Origin: Eledone cirrhosa
Taxonomy: Eukaryota
Reading direction: 5' to 3'
Assembly: GCA_964016885.1 (NCBI GenBank)
Contig: OZ024742.1
Location: 220,534,001-220,598,000, forward strand
Length of the DNA stretch: 64,000 bases
Positions 12,806 to 25,510 of the stretch are shown here, in pieces (positions within the stretch are counted from its first letter, which is position 1; each line of letters begins with the position of its first letter). The translations under genes were made by a program, and so were the position numbers. Under the pieces are notes generated by a model, which was given only the letters and a program-made list of their open reading frames with translations, searched no databases and was not told the origin of the DNA.

Positions 12806-14532
12806 CAATGGTCACTTTTCGGAATCTTTCAACATCATGTGCTTGGTTTGCCAAGGTTGTCCCCTCTCCTTCCTGTTGTATGTATTGACTCTAGAGCCAT
12901 TATTGCACAAACTGGGGACATTGAGGGGTATCCCGCATGAACTAGGATGCAGGAGAACCATGTTAGCTTATGCCTATGATGTCACTGTAGTGGTGTCAAG
13001 TGCCAAACACATCGAAGCAATCAGTACTGCTCTGAGAGAATAGGACGCGGTGACAAGCAAAATTTAACCAGGAAAAGTTGGTGGGCCTGCGGCTCGGCAC
13101 CTGAAGAGGCAAGACCATGTCATCCAACAGCATCATTGGGCACTGGATGGACAGACCAGTTAAATTGATAGGCATTTGGTTTGTTCCGGACCTCCAGATG
13201 GACAAAAACTGGGACACGGTGACAAGCAGGGGGGGGGGGAGGGGCACTCTCACACAGATATGGGCCAAGTGGAAGCTAACCCTGAAAGGTCAAGCGAAGG
13301 TGGCAAACACGGACATTGCATCTATCAGCTACTACTGCCTGACTGTTGTGCCTTGTCTAAAGCCTCATATGACTGGACTGGAGCATTTACTCTTTCAATT
13401 TTTGTGGAAAGGACATGCTCCGATTTCCAGGCAGTCCATCTGTTGTCAACACCTGCTGCGTGGAAGACAGGGCATACTGTGACTGATAGTGAGCAGACAT
13501 GCGCTGAGGCTACAACAGCTCCAGCTTTTCTTGAACAGTGAATAGGTGAGATCACCATCCGCTAGGCATGTTTTTCCCCAGCTCATCTCTTTGGTGAAGC
13601 TGCTTCCTGGGTCAAGCGGAGACCTACAAAAAGCATGTGGAGGCTAGTATCTCTTCAGGTGCTCACAGCCCTCAACCAATTGGGCACTATGATCGTTGGA
13701 AACTCCACCTTGGTGTTCTATAGAAGGTTAGTGATGGATAAAAGAAAGAATATTCTTGGGAAAAATCTGGCATTCAACGAAAATCAAATAGCCATTCTCT
13801 TCCACAGGATTTTTGGTCCAGTGCCTATGGACAACTTCTAGAAATCCCTGGCCTGGCAGCGCTACCATGGTGCATTGCCTATCCAAGATAAACTCTACAA
13901 CCATGGAAGTACCATCAGTTGGGCATATCCAAGATGTGTGCAGGGTGACAAAACTGTCAGGCATGCTCTCGTCCAGTGTCTGAGTATCACTGGCTTGTGG
14001 GTTTATCTGGAACACCTGCTGTTACATGTGGGATGGATCTGATTGTCAACTGAGTCTATCGTCAAAATCGCCCCGCCACCCTTCCTTAGTTGTTTTTGTC
14101 TGTCTGGTGACCATGGCAAAAGAGGTCATATGGTAGATGAATCTGAACAGGCTGAAGATGGGCACTTTCTTTTTCGGTGACCCTCTGATTAACTTCTTCA
14201 GGTTTCACTTGAAGAGGAAAATCAGGATGGAGAAGGAAGTGTTGCCTTCAAAGCAATTTGTTGAAAGGTGAATGAAAGCAGCAAGAATGACCCAAGTGTA
14301 TGAGCCTGCTTTGACCATGTGCCTGTAGATTGAGGGAGAACAACTGGGAGGAAACACTTGCATGGCGGTCAGGGTGACTGGGGCTTTTGTAAGCTTTCTC
14401 CCCCTATTGTGGAATTTTCTTTTCTTTCTACTTTTTTTTTTTTGTTACATCCATTGTTTTTGTTTTATACTCATTCTTACACACAGAAACTCTATACTGT
14501 CCTTAATGTATTTTTTTGTAAATAAAGGAAAC
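12806..14532 (+). mobile_element. 5'-truncated Tx1/L1-like LINE, copy 1 (degenerate)
   Basis: QGCPLSFLLY, AYAYDVT, VKLIGIWF; homologous to 58365-59978; ends AATAAAGGAAAC followed by (ATT)n. Confidence 0.85.
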
Positions 14533-14547
14533 ATTATTATTATTATT

Positions 14548-14956
14548 GTTCTTTGAGTCTGAGTCATTGATGTTATTTAACTGGAAAGTTTGTTGAAATG
14601 AATATCAATCCGCTACCTGCAGCCTCAGATATTCAGGACGTATCGGAGGGTTCTTGCTGTTCCCAGCAAGCATGCCTTTTGAAGTGTTCCAAAAAGCGGG
14701 GCTGGACTAATCTTCTTTAACCATCCTTGGAAACTCTTTAAGATAGTACCTAGTGCGCCTATGACAATCGAGACAACCTTGACTTCATGGCGGTTCCAAA
14801 TCCTTTTTAACTCCCACTTTCATGTCTGTGGATCTCTAAATTCCGTTTTCTTAAAGAAGGTACTATAAAGGGATTTTTCATGAAGGTTGCTCTTCCTCCT
14901 TGTTGTTATTTCCTCCTTGGACATCCCCTGGTCTATTGTCTTCTTCTTCAGTACAA
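14548..14956 (-). mobile_element. internally deleted R4/Dong-like retroelement 3' fragment
   Basis: near-identical to 56582-56850 joined to 57342-57477; (ATT)n on both sides. Confidence 0.85.
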
Positions 14957-15015
14957 TTATTATTATTATTATTATTATTATTAGTAGTAGTAGTAGTAGT
15001 AGTAGTATTTATTAA

Positions 15016-15236
15016 TGGGTGGTAGATTGACAGTATCAGCAGAGCATCAGACATCATGCTTCAAGGCATAGAGTTGCAGCCCTTTACATTCTCTCTTTAA
15101 AACCCATCAAGGGGAGCTTTGCTTTTCATCCTTACAGGACTGATATAAAATAAAATACCAGTAGTGTACTAGTGTCAATTTAATCGACTTCCCCTCCCCA
15201 AAAATTATTGGCCTTGTGCCTAAATCAGAAACCAAT
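15016..15236 (+). mobile_element. older member of the young-SINE family
   Basis: head gggtggtagattgacagtatc, core ctttgcttttcatccttac, end gccttgtgcctaaatcagaaacc. Confidence 0.65.
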
Positions 15237-15321
15237 ATTGTTATAATTATTACTATGAGTGAATTGACCTAACTTAGGAATTGTTATCCTCATCATTTTG
15301 ATCTGCTTTCTTTTATTACAG

Positions 15322-15516
15322 GTACTGGGAGTGGTGATGCTTGCTTTAGGAATCTATCTGCAGATATCTGAGGCAGCCAACTATATGGCAGTTCTAACGA
15401 AAGTGAAGTTCACTGTAACGGTTTCTTTATTGGTTGCAGCTGGTGTTGTTACCATTATTGTTTGTATACTTGGCTTCTGTGCTGCCTTCCTTGAGAGTCA
15501 CTGCTTGTTAATCTTG
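15322..15516 (+). CDS. tetraspanin coding exon 2 (end of TM1, small loop, TM2)
   Basis: ttacag| VLGVVMLALGIYLQ...ILGFCAAFLESHCLLIL |gtaaag; 195 nt, phase 0; matches the GCxGAxxExxCLL-type motif. Confidence 0.95.
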
Positions 15517-15541
15517 GTAAAGAACATGTTTTCCCTTTTCA

Positions 15542-15545
<4 letters not shown>

Positions 15546-15629
<84 letters not shown>
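15546..15629. repeat. (CT)n microsatellite
   Basis: pure CT run. Confidence 0.95.
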
Positions 15630-15633
<4 letters not shown>

Positions 15634-15706
15634 ATATATATAAACACACACACACACGCGCATGTACACATGCACATATCTATGTATATATATATATATA
15701 TATATA

Positions 15707-17078
15707 CTAGCTGGCCCGTCCGGCTGGCGCCCGGCTAGGTTTACCGGCATTTTATCTTTTCAGGAATCCACCCTACACTCTAGTGTAAAGATACTGCATG
15801 CCCTCTCAAGTCAGGGAGGTGGGGGTTAACGTGCTCTGATGTTGGGTTTGAATAGTTTTTAGGATTCCCCAGTTCAGCAGCTAGTACATTAAAGAAAATT
15901 GATAGTTACAACAATAAAGGCTGAACAGAGAACAAATTTTTTAACAAACAATAATTTGTACAACCATAATGGAAATTCCAAGTAACAGAAAATATTTAAA
16001 TTACATTGTTAGAGCCTCAGAGTATACAATACTTTTTGTTTGGCCCGCCGGAGTAAAGATTAAGAGATTGTTTGGCGAGCTAACCCTAGAGCATCCTACA
16101 TACAATTGACCGTGGGAGAATCACTGATTTCGTAGCTCATCTCGCGGAGAAGCTCTGTAGACGTTCACTGCTGGGCACTCCTATCAGGAGCAGGTAAGCT
16201 GTAGTGACTTAGAGGCCTACCACCAATTTCCAGGACACTGTTTTCAAGACAAATGAGCGCCTCATTGAAAACGACATCGTATGTTATGTTCGGATTGTGT
16301 CTGCGTGTGCGGTGGAGGATGTCCTCAGCTAGACTTTCGCGGTGGTTGTTCCACAGTGCGAGAGGGTCGGCGAGATCTCAGTTGTGCAGCATAATAGCAA
16401 AAAGTTTTCGCAGCTGAGAAGGGACTTTAGCAGTTGCTGCTTCTTGCAGGGTGAGGTGCCAATGGCTGTCATCGTGTAACATACCACGCATCTGGCAAGC
16501 CAAACGGTAAGTGGAACATTGATGGGCATTAGATCTACCAACTCAGATCTTGGAAAGACTGTGGTCCTCTAACCTCGAACAGTAACAATGACGATAAGCC
16601 GTCTGTGCTTTCATGAAATAAATAGGTTTTTGTTTTGTGTATGCAAAAATATCTGTACACGAATATATATATTAAAATAACAGATTAAAGTTTGAGCAAA
16701 GAATCGCTGCTTTCACCCTTAACAGGATCTTGAAAATAAAAAAATCCGTCTGTGAATGCAGAAGTAAATATTTCGAAAAACGTTATCTAATGCAAACAAC
16801 CAGACATACATAGACTAAGAAAAAGAGGGGAATGTTGTGCGACGTCATAAGAAAAGGTGAGGAATGACGTATAACCGGAAGTGTTGACATTTGAAATTTT
16901 AAAGAAGCGAATATTTAAATAATGTCTTTAATCTTTTAACAAAATTCAGTAGACAAAAATACCCTCACTTTTTTACTTGGAAAGATTTACATCTATGGTG
17001 CAAATTTGGTGGTGTTTGGTCCAGCCGTTTGGTGGAAAGTTTGTTACCTACATACGGCCGTCAGCTTTATAGTATAGA
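15707..17078 (-). mobile_element. complete non-autonomous Helitron (internally deleted RepHel)
   Basis: 5' TCTATACTATAAAG; 3' GC-rich hairpin plus CTAG; inserted between A and T; retains STYRLACQMRGMLHDDSHW..QLRKLFAIML and FSHGQLYVGCSRV..TKSIVYSEAL*. Confidence 0.9.
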
Positions 17079-18129
17079 TATATGTATGTAAGTAAAAGGT
17101 AAACAGAAATAACAACACAATCATATGTGTATATATATATATATATATACATATATATAATAAGAACAAAGTGGAGGCGTTACATAGGAGATTTATTGCT
17201 CAATCCTGGTTACAAATGTTTCTCAAGCAGCTGGCTCGTGATCTGGGTTGGCACCCCAGACCAGACGCCAAGTCTGCCTGATCCTCAGACCAGTGTTAAC
17301 ACAACAAAAATGACATCAAATCTGTGGACGAACTAGCAAAGACACAAACACACATATAGAATAACCAAACACGGACCTAGAATTCAAAAGACGCACCTAT
17401 CCCGAGCATTACAAGAAAAAAACATTATAAACAAAAACAAAAACAGAATTAACAGATATAAATGAATAAAGAAATATATCCATGTATACACAATCACACA
17501 TATACACACATACATGCATAAAATGCCTATGCACACACACACACACTCTCTCACATGTAGAAATTGTACATGTACATACATATACATACACACATCCTCA
17601 CACACATGCCTATATACACACATGCATATATATATATTCATATATAATATCTGCCGGTATTCCCAATGTGAGAGATTATGTCTACAGCAGGGACTCCATG
17701 CACTAATAGAAATGGAGCTCCAAGCCAACATCTAACCCACAGTAAAATACCCCCGGCTGCAGTAATGCTGGTCCAGACATTTCACAAAGGTATAAAAACA
17801 CAACCAAAAGTGGAAACTATAATCTTATCCAACACTGCAACCACACCTCCAGTCAGCAACTGCTCCCTAAACAAGAAAACTCTTTTCCAGCAATGATGGA
17901 AATGGTAAAAGAGATACAAAAAATCCTTCTAGCTATTACACAATGCAACCGTCTGCTATCACCCCAGTCCACCAGCTCCCCATATTGCTGTCACTAAAAG
18001 CAAACGCAAAACAAGCTCCCTGAAACAGTCAAAACCAGCCACTACTCTAGTCTCAACATTTCTACTCAAAGTACAAGTGTCAACTTTTCCATCAATACAC
18101 AGAAATAGAATGTCCAATTCATTGAGAAT

Positions 18130-21100
18130 TGGGTTGACAACCATCCATACCACATCCCTTTCTTCTTCCTAACTAAGACCCATCTTAACAACTCCCACAT
18201 GGAAGCTAAAATGAAGGTGAGGAATTTTACAACCATCTGCGCAGATCATGCCAGCAGAAGGAAGGGAGAAATTGCCATTTTCCTGCATGATTCCTTTACA
18301 GCAGATGGATGTACCATATTATCCAATAGCTACTGTGAACAAGTTACCACGCACAACAAAGCCAATGATTTGATAGTAGTTGGGCTCTATAGGCTACCCC
18401 AATCACCCTTACCATGCTTTAAAGAATGCCTCAACAACATTAAGTGTTTTATACAACATTGCCATTCTGGTAATATACTTATGATGGGAGATTTTAATCT
18501 ACCCTGTGTTGATTGGTCACAAACAGTTTGAAACCAGGTACTTCCACCTCAACCACTGTCAAAGCAGCAGGAGAATCACTACTCGACTTCATGGATGAGT
18601 TTTTTCTTGTCCCAACTTGTCCTTGCACCAACAAGATATCAGAAAAAACATTTTGGACCTAGTGTTTAATAACCACACTAACTATGCACAATACTTCAGT
18701 GGAAAAACCCTTCTCTCTGATTATGAGATGGTACTCTGTAACCTGAGATCCCACAAGCTGAAAGCTAAACCCAATGACTTCTCTCCAGCCTGCTCATTTG
18801 ATAACATGGATCTTCATAATGCCAACTAGGATGCAATCACTAACGATCTATCACATGTTGACTGGACATACATTTCCACCAACTTCAAAACATCCTGGCA
18901 GATATTTATAGACACTGTCACAAACATATGTGCAAAACATACCCCATCAAGATTTGTGAAAAAAACTAAGTGCAGAATCACCCAAAACAGAAAAACTTTT
19001 ATCTAAAATACTGCCAACAGTAACACACACATTTAACTGCTATTGCACACTCAAATTGAACAGCTAAGGAAGAATGGGCCATTAAGAAAATCAAACTCAA
19101 TCCCAAAGTGTTCTTTTCATTTGAAAAAAAAAAAACACGGTCACTGTCTCCACTGCTGGCCCTTTGATTGATGAAAATGAGACTCTCCAAGACAATGCTA
19201 AAACAATGGGTGAGATACTGCAAAATCAATACTACTCTGTTTTCAGCAATCCTGATATGGCTGATCTGGGCCCCTGATGTCTTAGCGGCATAAAACGAAA
19301 TTAAACACAATTCAGCAGTAGGCCCCGACAGGTTCCCTGCATGTGTTCTGAAGGTGCGTTGACACCAATTTGCATCTCCTCTTGCTAATCTGTGAAGGAA
19401 CTCACTGGATGCTGGCTATATACCTGAAAACTTCCTGTCCCAGTCTGTTTTTCCTGTTTTTCCTGTTTTTCCTGTCTGTTTTTTTTCAAAAAGGGAAACA
19501 AGCCCCTTGCAGTGAATTACTGTCTGATCTCACTCCCCTCTCATATCATCTTTGAGAGGGTGGTGAGATCATGAATAACTCACTTTTGTGAAAGCAACTA
19601 TCAGCTGAACTCCAAACAACATGGGTTCCGTAATGGAAGGGACTGCCTAATGCAGCTCCTGCATCATTCTGATGACATGTTAAGAGCTTTGGGAGAGGGA
19701 TCTTACACTGATGTCATATACCTGGATTTCAGCAAGGTCTTTGACTGGGTTGATCACAACATCCTATTGAAAAAACTATCCTGCATTGGTGTCTCTGGAA
19801 AGTTACTAAAATGGATCAAGTGTTTCCTGACAAACAGATCCCAACATATTGTAGTTGAAGAAGTACAATCAAGCCTAGCCAAAGTCAGTAGTGGTGTCCC
19901 ACAAGGCACTATGTTAGGCTCACTTCACTTCTCTTCATTATTTATATCAATGAGTGTGGATCAAGGGCGGTGGATTGGCAGTATTGGTAGAGGCTCGGAC
20001 GTCATGCTTTGACGCATAGAGTTACGGCCCTTTCCATTCTGAGTTCAAATCCTGCCGAGGTTAACTTTGCCTTTCATCCTTATGGGGTCGATAAAATAAA
20101 GTACCAGTAATGTACTGGTTAATTTCTGGCCTTGTGCCAAAAGTAGAAACAATTATTTATATCAATGACATTATCGACATCGATGTCGATAATGTCATTG
20201 ATATAAATAAGTAACATAAGACTCTTTGCAAATGATTCCTAGCTCCAGAAGGTCATCAATGGAGTGGGTGACCAGACATGCCTTCAATCAGATCTACTTG
20301 CTGTTATCCAATAGGCAGAAAATACTATATGCTGCTGAATGAGAATAAATTTGAACTAATCTGCTTTGGAAAAGAGGATACACTGAAACTATCATATTCT
20401 GTTCCCTCAGATGAAACCCTCATGTCATCCAACAACATCAGAGACCTGGGAGTAATTGTTGATAACAACCTAAGCTGGACTATATAAACAACAAAGTTGA
20501 CATAGCCCAAAGGGTGTGTTCTTGGATTCTCAGAACTTTCCAGTTAAGAAATATCCACACCATTATCCTTCTCTACTTTTGCCCAACCCTACATTAAATA
20601 GTGTTGTCCACTGTGGTCTCCCCACAGAAAACAAACTATTATGAAAATTGAACCACCTCAAAGGTCAATCACAAAAAAGATAGTTGGCATGTCAGGCCTT
20701 GACTATTTTAGTCGACTAGAAAAGCTCAAACTCTACTCTCTCCAATGCCATCGTGAGCGCTACATTTTCTGCATGATGTGAAAAATATTCCATCAGCATT
20801 GCCCAGATGATGTTGGCATCATCTTTAAAATACACCTAAAGCTTGGGCCCAGTACTATCTGCCCACAACAAAAATCAAACATGCAACTCATAACAACATT
20901 ATGACACAATTATTTCACCTCAATTGGTCCCACTCTCTTTAATATTACACCAAAACACATTAAAACAGAAACAAACCCCATAAAATCCAAAAGGTCTTTG
21001 GACAAATTCCATCAAGAAACTTGGATAAACCTCTAACACCATGATATGCCTCTGTAAACAATAACTCTCTACTTGAGTGGGCCATGGTATCCAAATCCTG

Positions 21101-21180
21101 ATTTGAAAGATTTGCAAGATGGTGTTATTAAGTTAGACATGGCCTGGATCAATACTGGCCGAAACCTGTCAAAGTTATTA
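18130..21180 (+). mobile_element. degenerate CR1-like LINE, copy 1 (APE plus RT)
   Basis: GLYRLP, MMGDFNLPCVDW, NILDLVF, DVIYLDFSKVFD, SGVPQGT, RDLGVIVD; the 5' part may extend to ~17150. Confidence 0.85.
19954..20151 (+). mobile_element. young SINE (subfamily A) inserted in the CR1-like RT
   Basis: full head, core and tail; 17-bp TSD ATTATTTATATCAATGA at 19937-19953 / 20152-20168. Confidence 0.9.
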
Positions 21181-21380
21181 AAGATATGTACATATATTTA
21201 TATATGCATATGTATACTGGATTTACTTCCATAAGCATAATTAGTTAGAAAGTGAAAACATTTAAACATATAAATAAGTAGATATATTATCTAAAAATAA
21301 AAAGAAAGAAATAGCTATATGTATGTAAATAAATAAATATATATGTATATGTGTGTAAATATAACTTCTATTTATTACAG

Positions 21381-21455
21381 TATATACTCTGTGTGTCCAC
21401 CATATTCTGTATGGAGATTGCAGCTGGATCGATTGGTTTAGTTCGCAAAAATAAG
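21381..21455 (+). CDS. tetraspanin coding exon 3 (TM3)
   Basis: ttacag| YILCVSTIFCMEIAAGSIGLVRKNK |gtaac; conserved TM3 Glu; 75 nt, phase 0. Confidence 0.93.
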
Positions 21456-21489
21456 GTAACACTCTCTTTCTTACTCTTTCTCCAAGATG

Positions 21490-21990
21490 TCCTTTGTACA
21501 AAATATCTTGCTCGGGGTTTACCTCTGGGTTTCATGTCAGTTGGTTTTGACTGTAAAATAAGTCCAACAATTCTTTCTCTAGCCATTCTACATTACTCAA
21601 AAGACCTTTCTTTGGAGGAACCCTATTTCAGCTGATCTATTTGCGATTGTCTTCTTTAGGTCATGACCCAAGATTCATGACCATATGTAAGGGTAGTCAT
21701 GAACACTGAATTGAAGATAGTGAGTTTGGCATTTACACCGACCTCCCTTCTGCTGATGACCAAATGCTGAAGCTGGCACATTACTGCATTACCTCCTGCA
21801 ATTCTTGCACTTAATTCAGTCTCTTACCTGCCATCACTCATGAAAATGGTCCTAAGACACTTGAACTTCTCCACCTGCTTCTCACATGTAGAGTTTCTCT
21901 GTCTTCACAGCACAGATCTTCATTCCTTCCGTGCAGTACTCGGCAGCAAACCTATCAACTGTATTCTTGCATTTGTACCCATCCTTCAGA
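21490..21990 (-). mobile_element. RTE LINE 3' fragment
   Basis: reverse-complement similarity to 11090-11290 (gaagatc.gtgctgtgaagacagag, gcaggtggagaagttcaag). Confidence 0.65.
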
Positions 21991-22467
21991 ATTCGATCAT
22001 CATGATCATTAGCATCACTGCTATTAATAATTATCTAATTATCTGGTATGTATTACATCACTGATGGACCATTTGAGAACTTTCCAAGTTACATCTTCTC
22101 CATCGCCACACTTAGCTGGTTTTGGCCAGTATATATTCACGCAGGACTATGCCCCATACCCTGGTGGCTATGGTCAGAGTAACTATCATCGGCATAATAG
22201 TATCTATAAAAACAGGATATATATCCCCACCATACTAGCCCAACACCTACCAAACCCACATTCACTAGCTTGCTATTCGAGGATGGTCTGCAACAACAAT
22301 TATACCTAGGTCGCAGGCCATTTCCAAATCAAATATTTCATCTATATTTTTTCTATTCTTTCTCCACTTGTATATGCCATAATTCCTTTATTGATTAACT
22401 AATTATGCAATCCACACCTAATGATGTCACCAGGATCTTACATAATCAGGCCATTGAAATATATATG

Positions 22468-22795
22468 GAGGCACATGGCTTAGTGGTTAGAGCATTGGCC
22501 TTGCAATCGAAAGGTTGTGAGTTCAATTCTCAGACCGGGTGATGTGTTGTTTCCTTGAGCAAGACACTTTATTTCACATTGCTCCAGTTTACTCAGCTGT
22601 AGAAATGAGATGATAGGACTGGGGTCCCTATCATTCCACTGCAAAGTGGTCGTGGAGGTGCCACAGCATAAAAGCACCCAGCACTCACTGTAAATGAGGT
22701 TGGTGTTAGGAAGGGCATCCAGCTGTAGAAATCAAGCCAGAATCAGTTCCTGTCCCACCCTTGCCAGAAGGGAAAAGCGGACGTAAAATGAAATG
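22468..22795 (+). mobile_element. tRNA-derived CORE-like SINE with RTE-like 3' part
   Basis: TGGCTTAGTGGTTAGAG (A box), GAGTTCAATTCT (B box), TCCTTGAGCAAGACACTT, then ggaagggcatccagctgtagaa. Confidence 0.75.
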
Positions 22796-23149
22796 TTATA
22801 GTGTTTTAGCAACAATAAAACTTTAAAGGAATATCACCAGTCCAGCCTTCTGTTATTTTAATCAAATCAATATTCAACTCCATTCCTGCATCAACCACTG
22901 GATTCAACATCAACGATGGATGAGTTGCATGATGTAGAGTGCCTTTCTTGCTATTATATCATGGTTAACTAAATGGAATGACAAGTTATATCCAGTGGTG
23001 AACCACTAAACATAAATGAATATACTTATATATATATCATCATAATCACCACGCGAGCATGGGTTAGACGAGCTGTCCTATTTGAGGCAAGTTGGGTCAG
23101 AACTGTTTCTGACTAGATTTCTATAGCTGAATGCCCTTCCTAATAGAAC

Positions 23150-23452
23150 CACATTTACAGTGTGTGCTGGATGCTTTTTACTGTGACTCCAACACGACCA
23201 CTTTATAGTGTGGAATGGGTGCTTTTTTTCGTGTCACCTACAAGACCACTTTACAGTGTGGGCTGGGTGCTTTTTGCCATGACTCCTACATGACCACTTT
23301 ATAGTGTGGGCTGGGTGCTTCTTTGTTGTGACACCTACATGATCACATTACAGTGTGGGCTGGGTGCTTTTTGTTGCGACTTCTACATGACCACTTTACA
23401 GTGTTGCCTGGGTGCTTTTTGTCACAACTCGTACACAACCACTTTACAGTGT
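23150..23452. repeat. ~50-bp minisatellite (~6 units) inside a SINE-like element
   Basis: CCACTTTACAGTGTGGGCTGGGTGCTTTTT..TGACACCTACATGA repeats; ~1.5 units also at 12735-12805. Confidence 0.85.
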
Positions 23453-23829
23453 GTATATATATATATTAAGTAGATATATAATATATTAAGCAGTGCACTA
23501 AGCAGTCAAGATATATAAAATTACACAGCAGTCTTGGTTACTTTCATTTTGTAAACAACTTTATCACACACACGTGTGTGTGTGTATGTATGTATATATG
23601 TATGTATGTATATATGTATGTATACTGTCTTTCCTCACTTTAAAAAAAAATCTTCACGCATAGGCATTGCACAATAGAATTAATTAATAATTATTAATAA
23701 TCGTATATCGTGCAATGGCCATACTCAATAACAACGGGACAGCCATCATGTATGTATGTATGTGTATGTCTCTCTTTCCCTTAATTTCGAGTACATTTTT
23801 GACCTGGTGGCAAGGTTGTAAAAGAAAAG

Positions 23830-24290
23830 AAATTGCCATTCCTTGAATTGCAAGAATATTTTGCAAATTTTGAAGGTGCCAGATATCGTAGCCATTTGTA
23901 GTCTATGAATTAGGGAGCTGCGCTCTTTGTCCACAAATCCAAGTTCAGTTATACTTTGGTTCAAGTGGGTTGGTATATAATCTGTAGCTCCAATAATGAT
24001 GTGTATGAAGCTGAAGGTGTATCTTGGATACTGGATCTGCAAACTCCTTATCAATGGTCCGTAGATGTCCTTCTCTTGTACTTTTCTTACAACGTTGACA
24101 TTAAGTGGGCAGCTGATCTCTACAACAATATCAGGCCAGTTGTGCTTTAATTTGGTGGCAGTTTTTATTTTCAGGTTCCACCAGTATTCTTTAGTGCCAT
24201 CTATCTCAACATATTCCTCCTCATTTGTTTTTAATTTTGTTTTCCTAAGTGGTTCTAGCTATCACATTGTATCTCATAGGGAGTATGTAT
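23830..24290 (-). mobile_element. RLE-type (R4-like) non-LTR 3' fragment
   Basis: SLQIQYPRYTFSFIHIIIGA..LQMATISGTFKICKIFL. Confidence 0.7.
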
Positions 24291-24534
24291 GTATGTATGT
24301 TCTTCTGGTTTTATAATTTCATAATGTTTGCCAATAGAGAGAGAGTCGGTTTCTAACATAGACACAAGACTCTCTCATTGGAATTTACACAACATCAGCT
24401 AGGTAGATATGTATGCATGTCTGCATGCATAAATGTGTAGATATGGATGTTATTGTATGTGTGGATGTAGATGTTTTGAGTTGTATGTGTGCATGTGTAT
24501 ATGCTTTGTATCTGTACATGTGTATATGTAGTTA

Positions 24535-24915
24535 TTAGATGCAAAGTTTTTGGAATGTTTTACATATTTTTACTGTTCCATTAATGGATTTTACTTGTAA
24601 TTTCCTAACTAGTTGTGTTCTTTCTGTTCCTGTGAAGCCTAGCTTCTCAAGATTTGTATTGAGGCAGTTACTAACATACCCCAGTGCCCCAATAATCACA
24701 GGCATAAATCTGAAGGTATAATCAGGGTGGAGTATCTGCAGATTTCTCATCAGTTCTGCATAAATATTCTCCTTTTCGCTAATCTTTGATATTATATTGG
24801 CATCTGCTGGACAGCTAACTTCCACTACTGTGCATGCTTTCTTTTCCCTGTCCCCATATAATAATATCAGGTCTGTTATGCCTGCATCCCTATCTCTTTT
24901 GTGAATCAGGTATTT
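24535..24915 (-). mobile_element. RLE-type (R4-like) non-LTR 3' fragment
   Basis: DLILLYGDREKKACTVVEVSCPAD..EKENIY..FMPVIIGALG..GTVKICKTF (PD-D/ExK-like endonuclease). Confidence 0.8.
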
Positions 24916-24929
24916 CGTGTATGTATGTA

Positions 24930-25510
24930 TCTGGGCAGCATCCTGACAAGCAGCGGCGACGCGGAGCTCGACATCAACTGTCAGATCGGCAAAGGAGCCG
25001 CGGTTTTCCAGTCTGGTCGTCTTCATGCATTAGCACCAAGACCAAGCTCTGCCTATACAAGAGCATCGTGCTGCCGACAGTGCTTTATACGAGCGAGACC
25101 TGGAAGAGTACGGCAAAAATAGAGAGACGGCTGAACGCTTTCCACCAGCGGTACCTGCGAAAGATCCTTCGTGTGTCCTGGTGCGACCGAGTGCGAAACG
25201 AAGAGATCCTGCGGAGAGCCTAGTTCTGGACACTACAGAGAGTGGTCACGGAGCGTCGGTGACCTCTGGCTGGCCATATTCTGCGTCTATCAAATGAACA
25301 GCATTCGAAAACAGCGATGAACTGGACTCCGCCTAGCAGTAAACGGAGGCGGGGTTGGCCAAGGATCACCTGGCGACGAACGTTCCGGAAGGACCTGATG
25401 GCAGTCAACATCACCTGGCACGGTCTCGAAAAAGTTGCCACTGATCGTGACCGTTGGCGAGTACTTACTGCTCGATGCGCCGAATGGAGCAGAAGAATCT
25501 AAGACTAAGA
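24930..25510 (+). mobile_element. 5'-truncated, GC/CpG-rich RTE LINE
   Basis: YLGSIL..LYKSIVLPTVLYTSETW..RVRNEEILRR..RRRGWPRITWRRT..DRDRWR; (CTAAGA) tail; flanked by TGTATGTATG. Confidence 0.88.

Noticed and set aside
15298-15738. 146-aa ORF as a standalone gene
   Set aside because: Only 15322-15516 is exon; the rest is intron, including the (CT)n run.
22468-22550. tRNA gene
   Set aside because: The A and B boxes belong to a SINE head that continues into a CORE-like domain; I could not see a proper cloverleaf.
24315-24402. Hammerhead-like hairpin on the minus strand
   Set aside because: The core reads CTGATGTT rather than CTGANGA and is too degenerate to call.
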